NCBI GenBank assembly: GCA_003193925.1
Contig: PSPG01000003.1
Location: 40,797-104,796 of the forward strand
DNA length: 64,000 nt
Source: Candidatus Thalassarchaeum betae
GTDB lineage: Archaea; Thermoplasmatota; Poseidoniia; Poseidoniales; Thalassarchaeaceae
Reading direction: 5' to 3'
Of this stretch, positions 27,067 to 35,823 are shown piece by piece (position 1 is the first letter of the stretch; each line of letters opens with the position of its first letter). The notes under the pieces were generated by a model. It saw only the letters and a program-made list of their open reading frames with translations. It had not been told where the DNA came from and ran no database searches. The translations under genes and the position numbers were made by a program.

Positions 27067-28023
27067 ATGGCAGATGACGATGTGCCTGATGAGGGAGACT
27101 ATGTCACCGTTGAGGGGGCTAGCGACACCGCGCACCTATACGAGGGCAAGAGGGTCAGTTCGGCCCCCCCGAGCCGCAGGAAGGCAGCAGGGCGCCTGAG
27201 GGGGAGCACTGAGATCCCGAAGGACGCGATTCCGGAGGTGCACGTCCCGACCATCATCGAGTCGTTCTTCGGAGGGCCCATTGTCAGCTCGATGAAGTTC
27301 CTGCCGCCGGACCGGATGGTGTCCTCGCTGCAGATTGGTTCAGCCGGGGTGCTGTTTTTGCTCTGCTTCCTGACCTTCACGGTGACTCCCGTATCAGGGA
27401 CCGTCTGGTTCACACTCACCAACATGCTGGGCTACCCGGCTTTCGGCGGCATTCTCCATATGGTAATCATACTGGCAGGCCTAATCGGCGGCGTCTACGG
27501 TATCTTCCAGAGGGACCAGAGGGCATTGCTGGCCTCCTACGTCCTGCTCATAGTGGTGACTCTGCGATTCGCCGGCAGCAAAGTCGAGTTCGGACTCAAT
27601 CTCCTCCCCGAAGAGGAGTTCTGGCAGAAAATCCTGCTGATCTTCTACGCGGTATTCCTCGTGATGTACATAGAACTGACGAGCGGCATCATCCGATTCT
27701 CGATGCTGGACACTTCAATCCGAACCGGTGAGGTGTATGTGATGCAGATCACCAAGATCACGTCGCGCTACCACAAGGCGCTGGTCATCACACCCCTCGT
27801 CGCTGGCACGGTGGCTCTCCTGACGCTGATGATCAACCTGATCATTCCTGCATTCGTCGGACTCTTCGATGAGGTGGCCGCGCATCGCCTCCGAGAGAGC
27901 GTTGAACTGACCAGCGTCTACGGAGTCGCTCTCGGTACCATCATGGTGTTCACGGTGATAGCGGCGATGTTCGCGGTCAACCTGCCTCTGCGCATCGAGC
28001 AGATGCGCGAGAGGCGCAGCTAA
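27067..28023 (+). CDS. Multi-pass membrane protein of unknown function (last gene of the moxR operon)
   Basis: About 6 hydrophobic helices after a charged N-terminus; GAGGTGA SD upstream. Confidence 0.75.
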   Translation: MADDDVPDEGDYVTVEGASDTAHLYEGKRVSSAPPSRRKAAGRLRGSTEIPKDAIPEVHVPTIIESFFGGPIVSSMKFLPPDRMVSSLQIGSAGVLFLLCFLTFTVTPVSGTVWFTLTNMLGYPAFGGILHMVIILAGLIGGVYGIFQRDQRALLASYVLLIVVTLRFAGSKVEFGLNLLPEEEFWQKILLIFYAVFLVMYIELTSGIIRFSMLDTSIRTGEVYVMQITKITSRYHKALVITPLVAGTVALLTLMINLIIPAFVGLFDEVAAHRLRESVELTSVYGVALGTIMVFTVIAAMFAVNLPLRIEQMRERRS

Positions 28024-29130
28024 TCACTCGGCCTCACCGATGAAGCCGCCGAGCATCCCGAGGTCTGCGATGACCAGCATCGCGACTGCCTCTACGATGG
28101 GAGCAGCTCTCGGTCCGATGACCGGGTCATGCCTGCCTCCGACCTTGAGTGGGCGCACCTCGTCGCTGGGCAGATGCAAGGTGAACTGCTCACGCGGCAG
28201 GCTGCTGGGTGGCTTGAAGTGGACCTTAACCCTGAGGGGGGCGCTTGTGGAGCGTCCTCCCAACGCACCGTCGGCCTGACCGGTGTGGGCGCCTTCGGGA
28301 GTCGGTTCGAAGTCGCCTGACAGCCAAGCGTCGTTGTGCTGTGAGCCGCGCATCGATGACGAGTCGACACCGTGGGCGAACTCGACGGCGCGGGCTCCGG
28401 GTATCGCCATCAGCCCGCGCGCGAGGGCGGGCTCGATACCGTCGAACCACGGTTCGCCCACGCCAATGGGAAGGCCTTCAATGAGGAGCTCGACGGTCGA
28501 ACCGACGGTGTCGAGGTCCTTCCTGACTGACTCGAGGTGCTCCGACATCCTAGCCGCCGCTTCCGGGTCCCTGCAGTTCAGACGGCCCATGTCGCTGGCT
28601 GGGTCCAGAGCCGCGGCCCTCTCCAACTCGAAAAGCGGTCTGGCACTGACTTCACCTATGCTGTGGAGATGAGCGGTGCAGGACCAGCCGACGTCATCAA
28701 GCAGGGCTCTGACCTGACTGCCGGCTGAGACCAGTCCGAAAGTCAGGCGAGCGGACTGCGAGCCTCCGCCGCGAGGGTCGTTGGCGCCATCCAAGCGAAT
28801 GCCCTCGACCATGTCTGCGTGACCTGGACGGGGATGATCGGGGAGGAAGGAGTAGTCGGATGAACGCACATCTGAGTTGCGGGTGAGCAAGAGTATCGGC
28901 CAACCGGTGGCCCTGCCCTCGTAAACACCGGAGAGGATCTCACACTCGTCGCGCTCAGAGCGAGAGGAGAGCCCCTTGCGCCCGGGACGCCGCCTAGCGA
29001 TGTCCTCGGCCAGGGCGGCTGGGTCAATCGGGGTGCCGGCTGGCATCCCCTCGATGAGAGCGCCGACGCAAGAGCCGTGACTCTCGCCGAAGAGGGTGAC
29101 TCGGAGTCTGTCGCCGAACCTCATTCCCAT
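28024..29130 (-). CDS. aroC: Chorismate synthase
   Basis: TLFGESHG, PRPGHAD, GGGSQSARLT, FKPPSS and GRHDP. Start at 29130 or 29124; the track start at 29313 lies inside aroK. Confidence 0.93.
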   Translation of the reverse strand: MGMRFGDRLRVTLFGESHGSCVGALIEGMPAGTPIDPAALAEDIARRRPGRKGLSSRSERDECEILSGVYEGRATGWPILLLTRNSDVRSSDYSFLPDHPRPGHADMVEGIRLDGANDPRGGGSQSARLTFGLVSAGSQVRALLDDVGWSCTAHLHSIGEVSARPLFELERAAALDPASDMGRLNCRDPEAAARMSEHLESVRKDLDTVGSTVELLIEGLPIGVGEPWFDGIEPALARGLMAIPGARAVEFAHGVDSSSMRGSQHNDAWLSGDFEPTPEGAHTGQADGALGGRSTSAPLRVKVHFKPPSSLPREQFTLHLPSDEVRPLKVGGRHDPVIGPRAAPIVEAVAMLVIADLGMLGGFIGEAE

Positions 29131-29987
29131 CGGGACGCCTCCTCTCTCTGCATCTGGGATTGGGTGAATGCCGCCTCTAGGACTTCCATTCTGGATTCGC
29201 GCGCGAACTCGGCGAGCAAATCCGCGTGCTGCTCGTAGCAGATGATTGCGATAGCTGGCCCAGAGCCGGTAACCCCAGCAGAAATCGCGCCTCTGGCAAT
29301 AGCCGAGTTGCAAATGCGAAGGGCCTCGTCATCCCCGATCGCCGCGGCCACCGCCATCCCGTTAGCGGACATTGCTGCGAAGAGAGAGCCGCTGGAAAGC
29401 GAAGCTAGGGCCCTCTCGAACAATTTCGACTGTTTTTCGAAGGCTTCAGGCTCGACGCGAGAGTTTCTAGCGCCTCTGAGCGCTACGAGCACAGACAGGC
29501 CGGTCTCGATGTCGCCCTCAAGCAGAACTGAGTCATGCGATGTCTGCTCAGGGTCTACGAGCTTCCATCCGGGCGAGATAGCAGCCCATGCATCGTCCAT
29601 GCTGCCCGTGAGCGTGCAGCCTGATCTTCTCTGTGCAGCGACTGCGATGTCGACTATCTGGGGGTCGGAAAGCCCCGTCCACGATGCCTCATCGAGCGCG
29701 CGAGCGGCCGCGCAAGCCAGAGCGGCGCTCGATTTCAGACCCTGTCCCACAGGAACCTCGCTCTCGACCCTCCAGCCGGTATCGTCAGGCGTCGGGTAGC
29801 CGGACTCGCCCCATACGGCGAGCACTGAGTCGAGCACCCCGTGCTCGTCCTGCGGTACGAAAGCCGGCCCTTCGACCAGACTGACCTCGGTTTCCAGTTG
29901 GAGACCGACGGAGCAGCCCTTGCCTAGTCCTGCGGCGTGGAGGATCGATATCCCGCCGTTGGCTCGACCAGTTCCGAGGACCGTCAT
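29121..29987 (-). CDS. aroK: Archaeal shikimate kinase (GHMP family)
   Basis: GGISILHA, VPVGQGLKSSAA, TLTGSMDDA and GVTGSGPA. Confidence 0.92.
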   Translation of the reverse strand: MTVLGTGRANGGISILHAAGLGKGCSVGLQLETEVSLVEGPAFVPQDEHGVLDSVLAVWGESGYPTPDDTGWRVESEVPVGQGLKSSAALACAAARALDEASWTGLSDPQIVDIAVAAQRRSGCTLTGSMDDAWAAISPGWKLVDPEQTSHDSVLLEGDIETGLSVLVALRGARNSRVEPEAFEKQSKLFERALASLSSGSLFAAMSANGMAVAAAIGDDEALRICNSAIARGAISAGVTGSGPAIAIICYEQHADLLAEFARESRMEVLEAAFTQSQMQREEASRWE

Positions 29988-30934
29988 CTCTCACTCATCT
30001 CCCCAGGCAGAGCCTGCCCGATGTGCCTCATGCTGCTGTCGAGGCGGACCAGCATCTCGTCGCCGGACTCCAGCTCGGTCACTGACACCGCCTCGCCAGC
30101 AGGAGAGACCAGGCGGACGGTCTCCGCCTGCTGGGCCATGAGTTGGCCCTCGGCGGAGCCGCACTCGAATCGTACTAGGAGGAAGGGGCGGCGCTCGATC
30201 TTGAGGCGTCCGATGCTAGCCGAGCGCCGAGCGCCGTCCGCAGCTAGCACGGCCACCATGTCACCGGCACGAAGTTCGCTGAGGTACTTGGTCGAGCCAT
30301 CTGCCATGAGGGCGTATGCATGCACCGCCCCGGCATTGATGCGGAAGGGTCGCGACGGCACATACTCTGAGGGCAGGGTCTCGCCGTGGACTAGGCAGAG
30401 GGCCCCTGAGACGGAGCCGATTGCCATTCCCTCCCCCGGAGCCAGCCTCTCGATCAGGTCGACGCAGAGTCTCTCACCGACGCCACCGGACTCTACTGAG
30501 AGCACGGTGGCCGTCGATAGCTCGCTGGAGAGCGGCTCGCCCTCGTCGTCCCCGGTACCCGCCGAGGCCCACTCCCTAGCTGCCGACCAGAGGGCCTCCG
30601 AATCGACCTCGGGCGGTAGCAGGACGGCGTCAACGCCGTGCTCGAGGGCGAAGGCCGCGCCCGGTAGGTCAACCTCGTTCGAGATGGCCGCGGCCACACG
30701 CGTCCCGCTGCCAACGGCAGCGGCGACGATGTTCTCCAGCGGTATCATCGTCCAGTCGGAGCATCGGACGAGAATCCAAGGCACCATCCCGACGAGGGAG
30801 CGGGCCTCGTCCTGTCCGCGGTAGTCGTCCAGTGCGACCTCAGCGACGTCGGGCGCGCTGCCGTCCCACACGCGACTAGCGCCCTCTGGGAGAGAGTTTG
30901 GGCCGGAGCCGGAAGCATCGAGCCAGAGTTCCAT
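29984..30934 (-). CDS. aroB': 3-dehydroquinate synthase II (archaeal AroB')
   Basis: DWTMIPLENIVA, ALEHGVD, GERLCVD, RPFRINAGAVHAY, KIERRP and QQAETVRL. Confidence 0.93.
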   Translation of the reverse strand: MELWLDASGSGPNSLPEGASRVWDGSAPDVAEVALDDYRGQDEARSLVGMVPWILVRCSDWTMIPLENIVAAAVGSGTRVAAAISNEVDLPGAAFALEHGVDAVLLPPEVDSEALWSAAREWASAGTGDDEGEPLSSELSTATVLSVESGGVGERLCVDLIERLAPGEGMAIGSVSGALCLVHGETLPSEYVPSRPFRINAGAVHAYALMADGSTKYLSELRAGDMVAVLAADGARRSASIGRLKIERRPFLLVRFECGSAEGQLMAQQAETVRLVSPAGEAVSVTELESGDEMLVRLDSSMRHIGQALPGEMSER

Positions 30935-30938
30935 GAAA

Positions 30939-31736
30939 TCACTCCCCGAGGAGCTCGGTGGCCTCAGCGGCGCTCGCCCCGTCGTGGACTATCGCTCGCA
31001 GAGCCCTGACGTGCGCGGTGGGATCTTCGGCGCCGAAAACCTGCCTGCCCATGCAGACGCCCCCGCCGCCCGCACCCATGGCCGCCTCTACGATGTCGAG
31101 GAGTTCGCGAAACGAGGTGTCTCGTGGACCCCCCGCGATGAGCACTGGAATCGGAACCGCGTCAGTGACTCGGTGGAATGAATCGGCGGAGCCGTTCCAG
31201 GGCACCTTGACGACGTTGCAACCGAGTTCCCAGGCAATCCTGGCTGCGTGGGCCACTCCACCTGTGTCATCGTCATCTGCGACTTTGAGATTTGGTCCGC
31301 GGGGGTAGACCATGCCCAGCACGGGCACGCCGAGTGGGAATGCCTCTGAGGTCAGGTTGCCTAGTTGTGAAATCATCTCCGGCTCGGCTTCGTCGCCGAG
31401 GTTGACTTGCCCGGAGACGCCCACGGCGCCACGCTGCCAGCACTCCTCGGCGCTTGCGACGCTGACCTTGTACTTCGAGCGAGGGCCCCCATGCACGGTC
31501 GAGGCGGAAACGTGGCAGACGAAACTGCCCCAGCCGGTCCTACCGAGCTGGTGGCTAAGGGCCCCCTTGTGCAAAACGATAGCGTCGGCCCCTCCCTCAA
31601 TGGCCGAATCGACCACCGAATCCATTCTCTCGAGACCAGACTCGGGATACCCCGAGACCCCGTGGTCCATCGGAATCCACACACCCCTTCCCCCGGGGAG
31701 GATACGCTCCAGTCGGTCGCCGAGGGTATCTGCCAT
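30939..31736 (-). CDS. aroA': 2-amino-3,7-dideoxy-D-threo-hept-6-ulosonate synthase (class I aldolase, AroA')
   Basis: IPMDHG, LHKG, MVYPRG, HAARIAWELG..VVKVP, IAGGP and MGRQVF; directly upstream of aroB'. Start placed at MADTL. Confidence 0.88.
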   Translation of the reverse strand: MADTLGDRLERILPGGRGVWIPMDHGVSGYPESGLERMDSVVDSAIEGGADAIVLHKGALSHQLGRTGWGSFVCHVSASTVHGGPRSKYKVSVASAEECWQRGAVGVSGQVNLGDEAEPEMISQLGNLTSEAFPLGVPVLGMVYPRGPNLKVADDDDTGGVAHAARIAWELGCNVVKVPWNGSADSFHRVTDAVPIPVLIAGGPRDTSFRELLDIVEAAMGAGGGGVCMGRQVFGAEDPTAHVRALRAIVHDGASAAEATELLGE

Positions 31737-31816
31737 GCATCCTCGCCAGTGCCTCATCACTTGAAAGGTGGCCCATCCCCCCATTTGCAGGGAAACCCGC
31801 TCCCGCAGGGAGCGGA

Positions 31817-32605
31817 TCACATGTCTAGGTCGACTATCAGAGGCGCGTGGTCAGAGACGGTCAGACCCCCCTCACGAAGCACCTCGCCCGATCTGAACAG
31901 GGGTCTTGCTGCAGCATTTGCGAGCACGTAGTCAATCCTCCAGCCGCGGTCCAACTCCCTGGCACGACCGCGGTTCGACCACCATGTGTACGGCCCCTTG
32001 CCCGGACCGATGTAGATGCGCAGGAGGTCGTGCCAGCCACTGTCGAGCAGGCGGGCGAACCACTCACGCTCGTGGTCGAGGAAGCCGGAGGTCCGGCGGT
32101 TGCCTGAGGGATTCCAGATGTCGTCCTCGGTGTGGGCGATGTTGAGGTCGCCGCATAGGAGCACGGGCTCGTCCGAGTCAACGAATGCCTTTCCCCACGC
32201 CAGCATGTCCTCAATCCACCGGTCTTTGTACAGCTGGCGTTCGAGGCTTGACGAACCGTTCGGCAGGTACATGTTGACGCAGTGGAGTCTGCCGTGCTTG
32301 GTGTGCAGGACGCGGCCATCAGGGTCGCGAACCTCATCCAACTCCGTGTCGATTCCGCGACCAACCTCGACAAGGCCCACTCTAGAGCAGGTCATCACGC
32401 CCGAATAGCCCTTCTTCTGAGCCGGGTGCCAAATCACTTCGTGCCCAGCGGGTGCCGCCCAGTCGTCCGGCATCTGCTCGGGCAGCGCTCGCGTCTCCTG
32501 GAACAGCCAGATATCCGCGTCGATGCGTCTGACGAAGTCATCCAGCCCCTTGCGGTGGGCCGCACGGATGCCATTGAGGTTCCAAGTCGCTACGCGCACG
32601 ACCAC
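31817..32605 (-). CDS. xth: Exodeoxyribonuclease III / AP endonuclease
   Basis: TWNLNGIRA, FQET, KKGYSGV, YLPNG, GDLNIAH, YTWWSNR, GWRIDY and SDHAP. Confidence 0.96.
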   Translation of the reverse strand: MVVRVATWNLNGIRAAHRKGLDDFVRRIDADIWLFQETRALPEQMPDDWAAPAGHEVIWHPAQKKGYSGVMTCSRVGLVEVGRGIDTELDEVRDPDGRVLHTKHGRLHCVNMYLPNGSSSLERQLYKDRWIEDMLAWGKAFVDSDEPVLLCGDLNIAHTEDDIWNPSGNRRTSGFLDHEREWFARLLDSGWHDLLRIYIGPGKGPYTWWSNRGRARELDRGWRIDYVLANAAARPLFRSGEVLREGGLTVSDHAPLIVDLDM

Positions 32606-32608
32606 GCC

Positions 32609-35071
32609 TCACTGCGAGAGGTCCTTGACCCTCTCGACGAGGTCCATCCTGCTGACGCGCCACATCCCGAACGGTGTTAGCGCCACTGAGATGAACACTA
32701 TGACGCCGATAAGGGTGACAGCAGCTGCTGGGTCCGCCTGCACAGAGAAGTAGAACGACCACTGAACCATGGCTGAGATTAGGTGTCGTGTCGCTACTAT
32801 GGTGAAGATGCAGGCCAGAATGCCGCCAATCAGCCCGATGGCGAAGTGCTCGCCGAGCATCATCGTCCCGATCCGACGTATAGGCGCCCCCAGGACCCGC
32901 AGGGTCGCAAGCTCGGAGTCGCGCTCTGCGAGGTTCATCAGCAGGGTGTTGAACAGCACGGCGATGGCTATGATGACGCCGAGTCCGAGGATGGCGCCGA
33001 AGATCTGCTCCTGCTGATCCATCAGCGTGTTGTATGACTCCACCATGTCCTGCTTCTGGGTGATTCCGATGGACAGTTCGCCTATCTCATCGTCCAGCTC
33101 GACTCCTTCTGGAAGTTGTATCAGCACTGTGGTGACCTCGAGTCCCACTGCCGCGGAAAGGTCAGCGCGGTGGAAGTACAGCGTGCGAGCGATTTCGCCC
33201 TGGGTAACGCCGGTAATCTCGACATCGAGGGAGTTCGACAGCCCGAACATGACCGTCTGGATCTGCCCGACCTCCCAATCCAGGAACAGCATGGTGCCCT
33301 CGTCGACCAGTACTTGAGTCGTCTCGGCTCCGGCGGCTGGGAGGGAGCCTTCTTTCAAGTCTAACACTAACATCGAATCGCTCTCGGTGGAGATGCGATC
33401 CAGCCCGTATGCGAGGAACTGCCTCGAGTCGCCCTCGGCTTTGCCGGGGAACACCAGCATGGACTCGTGGGCGGCCTCCCTATCCTCGGCCCATCCTATG
33501 ATGGCGTCCTCGCCGCCGAACGGGACATTGACCATCGCGTCCCAGTTCTGGTCCTTGATGCCCCCCGTGAAGAGTTCCTCCATCGAGCCCATCATCAGCA
33601 CCATGGAGCCGAACAACAGCATCGAGAGGCCCACGGCCACGAAAGTGAGGATGAGGCGAATCGGCTTGCGGATGCTCGAGCGAATGGTCAGTCCGACTGT
33701 TGCAGGCAGGCGAGAAGTGAGCCTCTGAATACCTCGAGATGACAGTCTGACCTCGTGTTGGCCGCTCAGTACCTCGAGAGGCTGCATCTTGGATGCCTGC
33801 CATGCCGGGCGGATACCGGAGAGCAGTGCTATGGCCATAGCGATGGCGCAGGTCTGGATGACCAAGGAGGCCTCAACATGGTAGCCTATGGCAGGAATGC
33901 CGATGATTGCCTCGTACATACCCACCATAGCAGGTGCGCCCAAAGTGATTCCCAGCACGGTGCCAATCACGCAACCGACCAGTCCGATCGCAATCGGGGC
34001 GATGATGTAGCCGGGCATTATGGAGGAACTGGGAATGCCCAGTGTTCGCAGGACGGCAATCTCCCTCGCCTGCGACTGGATGAGCCTCTGCAGGCTCAGG
34101 AAGATGGTGATGCCTGCCACTATCGCGATCATCCCTGTGATGAGCGGGAACGATAGTTGCGCGCCCTCGGCGTCGGCGCGCAGGAACTCGACGGACTGTA
34201 CACCTGAGCGGTCGTACACCAGCGAAGATTCGTGTTTGCCGACAAGGGAAAACCAGTCATCCACGATGCCGGAGATATCCCCTATCAACACACCGAGCTG
34301 TTCGCCCTCGACCTCGTCGGTCGACTGCAGGTCGTAATCCGGGGTGTCCTCGATGTCGAGCAGCAGCAGGTTGGCGGAGCCAGCGGTCAGATTGGCAAGT
34401 CGCTCTAGGCCGGCGTCCGACAAGTATCCTGTGGCGAAGGTCCCTGCCTCAGCGGGTAGCAGGACGCCTTCCTGCGCGAAGTATAGGTGATTGGAGTGGT
34501 AGCCGATGCCGACCACGGTGTAGTCCGTGATACCGTGTCCCGCGCCGAGCGAGATGCTGTCTCCCAGTTCGATTCCCATTCCCGAGGCGGCGTGCTCGTC
34601 GAGCACTATCTCATCGTCCGCAACTGCCATGGTGCCTGAGCAGCAGTCGTGGTCGGGGAACCAGACCCGATCGACCTCCCCCTCGTCGATGCCGTGCCAC
34701 ACTGCGACGACGAGCCTCTCCTCGCCTGCATCGTCTGTATGGAACATGAGGCCGTCCATGACCAATCTGGGCTCGCAGACATCGAGCGCGAGCGATGGCT
34801 CGGGCCATTGGTCCAAAATGGCCTGACAGAGCGAATCAGCGGTAGCCCCGTCCCACGTGCCGCTAGGGTTCTCGATCCACACATCCGGGAGGTTGACGCC
34901 TTCGTCATCATCGGCGTAGATGTCGTCGTACAGTCCTGCCGCGGAGTCGGCGTAGGAACCGAATGAGATGCCGGAGAAGACGCCGATGGCGATCATCAGG
35001 ACGACCGCTACCAGCCTGAGCTTGGTGCGCCACAGGCTCCGGGCGAGCCGCTTGGTGAGCAGCATGGACAC
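32609..35071 (-). CDS. ABC transporter permease, FtsX/MacB family (duplicated)
   Basis: Two FtsX halves (REIAVLRTLG; ERDSELATLRVLG) with large acidic external domains. Confidence 0.9.
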   Translation of the reverse strand: MSMLLTKRLARSLWRTKLRLVAVVLMIAIGVFSGISFGSYADSAAGLYDDIYADDDEGVNLPDVWIENPSGTWDGATADSLCQAILDQWPEPSLALDVCEPRLVMDGLMFHTDDAGEERLVVAVWHGIDEGEVDRVWFPDHDCCSGTMAVADDEIVLDEHAASGMGIELGDSISLGAGHGITDYTVVGIGYHSNHLYFAQEGVLLPAEAGTFATGYLSDAGLERLANLTAGSANLLLLDIEDTPDYDLQSTDEVEGEQLGVLIGDISGIVDDWFSLVGKHESSLVYDRSGVQSVEFLRADAEGAQLSFPLITGMIAIVAGITIFLSLQRLIQSQAREIAVLRTLGIPSSSIMPGYIIAPIAIGLVGCVIGTVLGITLGAPAMVGMYEAIIGIPAIGYHVEASLVIQTCAIAMAIALLSGIRPAWQASKMQPLEVLSGQHEVRLSSRGIQRLTSRLPATVGLTIRSSIRKPIRLILTFVAVGLSMLLFGSMVLMMGSMEELFTGGIKDQNWDAMVNVPFGGEDAIIGWAEDREAAHESMLVFPGKAEGDSRQFLAYGLDRISTESDSMLVLDLKEGSLPAAGAETTQVLVDEGTMLFLDWEVGQIQTVMFGLSNSLDVEITGVTQGEIARTLYFHRADLSAAVGLEVTTVLIQLPEGVELDDEIGELSIGITQKQDMVESYNTLMDQQEQIFGAILGLGVIIAIAVLFNTLLMNLAERDSELATLRVLGAPIRRIGTMMLGEHFAIGLIGGILACIFTIVATRHLISAMVQWSFYFSVQADPAAAVTLIGVIVFISVALTPFGMWRVSRMDLVERVKDLSQ

Positions 35072-35080
35072 CTGACCACC

Positions 35081-35764
35081 TCACTCGACCGGAACATCGG
35101 ACATTATCTGGCCGCTGTCCAACCTGACGACTCTGGTCGCGTATTGCATCAGAGACTCGTCGTGGGTAACGAAGACGCAGGTGATTCCCTCGGCCTCGCA
35201 AGCCCTCACGAGCACCTCCATCACCATCGCCGAAGTCTTGGAATCTAGGTTGCCGGTCAACTCGTCGCCCAGCAGCAGCCTCGGGCTCTTGGCGAGGCTG
35301 CGCGCGATTGCGACCCGCTGCTGCTGGCCGCCGCTGATCTCCGCGGGGAAGCGGTCGATCTCGACCTCTAGTTCAACGAGTTCGAGCAGCTGACGGGCGC
35401 GAGCCTCGTCACGCCTGCCTGCCAGTTCCTGTATCAGCAGGATGTTCTCGAACACGGTGAGGTCCTGCAGGAGGTTGAAGAACTGGAAGACATAGCCGAT
35501 GTTGTCCCTGCGGAAGGTGGTCATATCCTCCGAGTTGTGTCGTGGGACTGGAATGCCTTCGAAGGCGTAGGAACCCGCAGTGGGGCTGTCCAGCGCCGAG
35601 ATGCAGTTCAGCAGAGTCGTCTTGCCCGAGCCGGACGGGCCGAGCAGGATGATGCGTTCCCCTTGGTAGATGTCGAGATCTATCCCGTCGAGCGCCCTGA
35701 CGGTCTCCGAGGACATCACGTAGTGCCTCTCCATCCCCCTGATTCTCACCATAGGCTCCGCCAT
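35081..35764 (-). CDS. ABC transporter ATP-binding protein (LolD/MacB type)
   Basis: GPSGSGKTT, GYVFQFFNL, ISGGQQQRVAIAR and LGDELTGNLD. Start placed at MAEPM. Confidence 0.95.
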   Translation of the reverse strand: MAEPMVRIRGMERHYVMSSETVRALDGIDLDIYQGERIILLGPSGSGKTTLLNCISALDSPTAGSYAFEGIPVPRHNSEDMTTFRRDNIGYVFQFFNLLQDLTVFENILLIQELAGRRDEARARQLLELVELEVEIDRFPAEISGGQQQRVAIARSLAKSPRLLLGDELTGNLDSKTSAMVMEVLVRACEAEGITCVFVTHDESLMQYATRVVRLDSGQIMSDVPVE

Positions 35765-35823
35765 CTGAACTACTCCGTAGTTCACCGAGAGTCGCGGACT
35801 AATCAACTTCACCGCGAGCAAGG

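Noticed and set aside
29131-29313. Long N-terminal extensions in the ORF track (aroC; also trxB 5556, moeB 6910, ORF 6335, hcrB 20883, aroA' 31820, ABC ATPase 35821)
   Set aside because: They overlap neighbouring genes or precede the conserved N-terminus, so downstream starts fit better.
30939-31736. Glycolytic class I fructose-bisphosphate aldolase call
   Set aside because: Same fold, but its position directly before aroB'-aroK-aroC favours ADH synthase (AroA'); not formally excluded.
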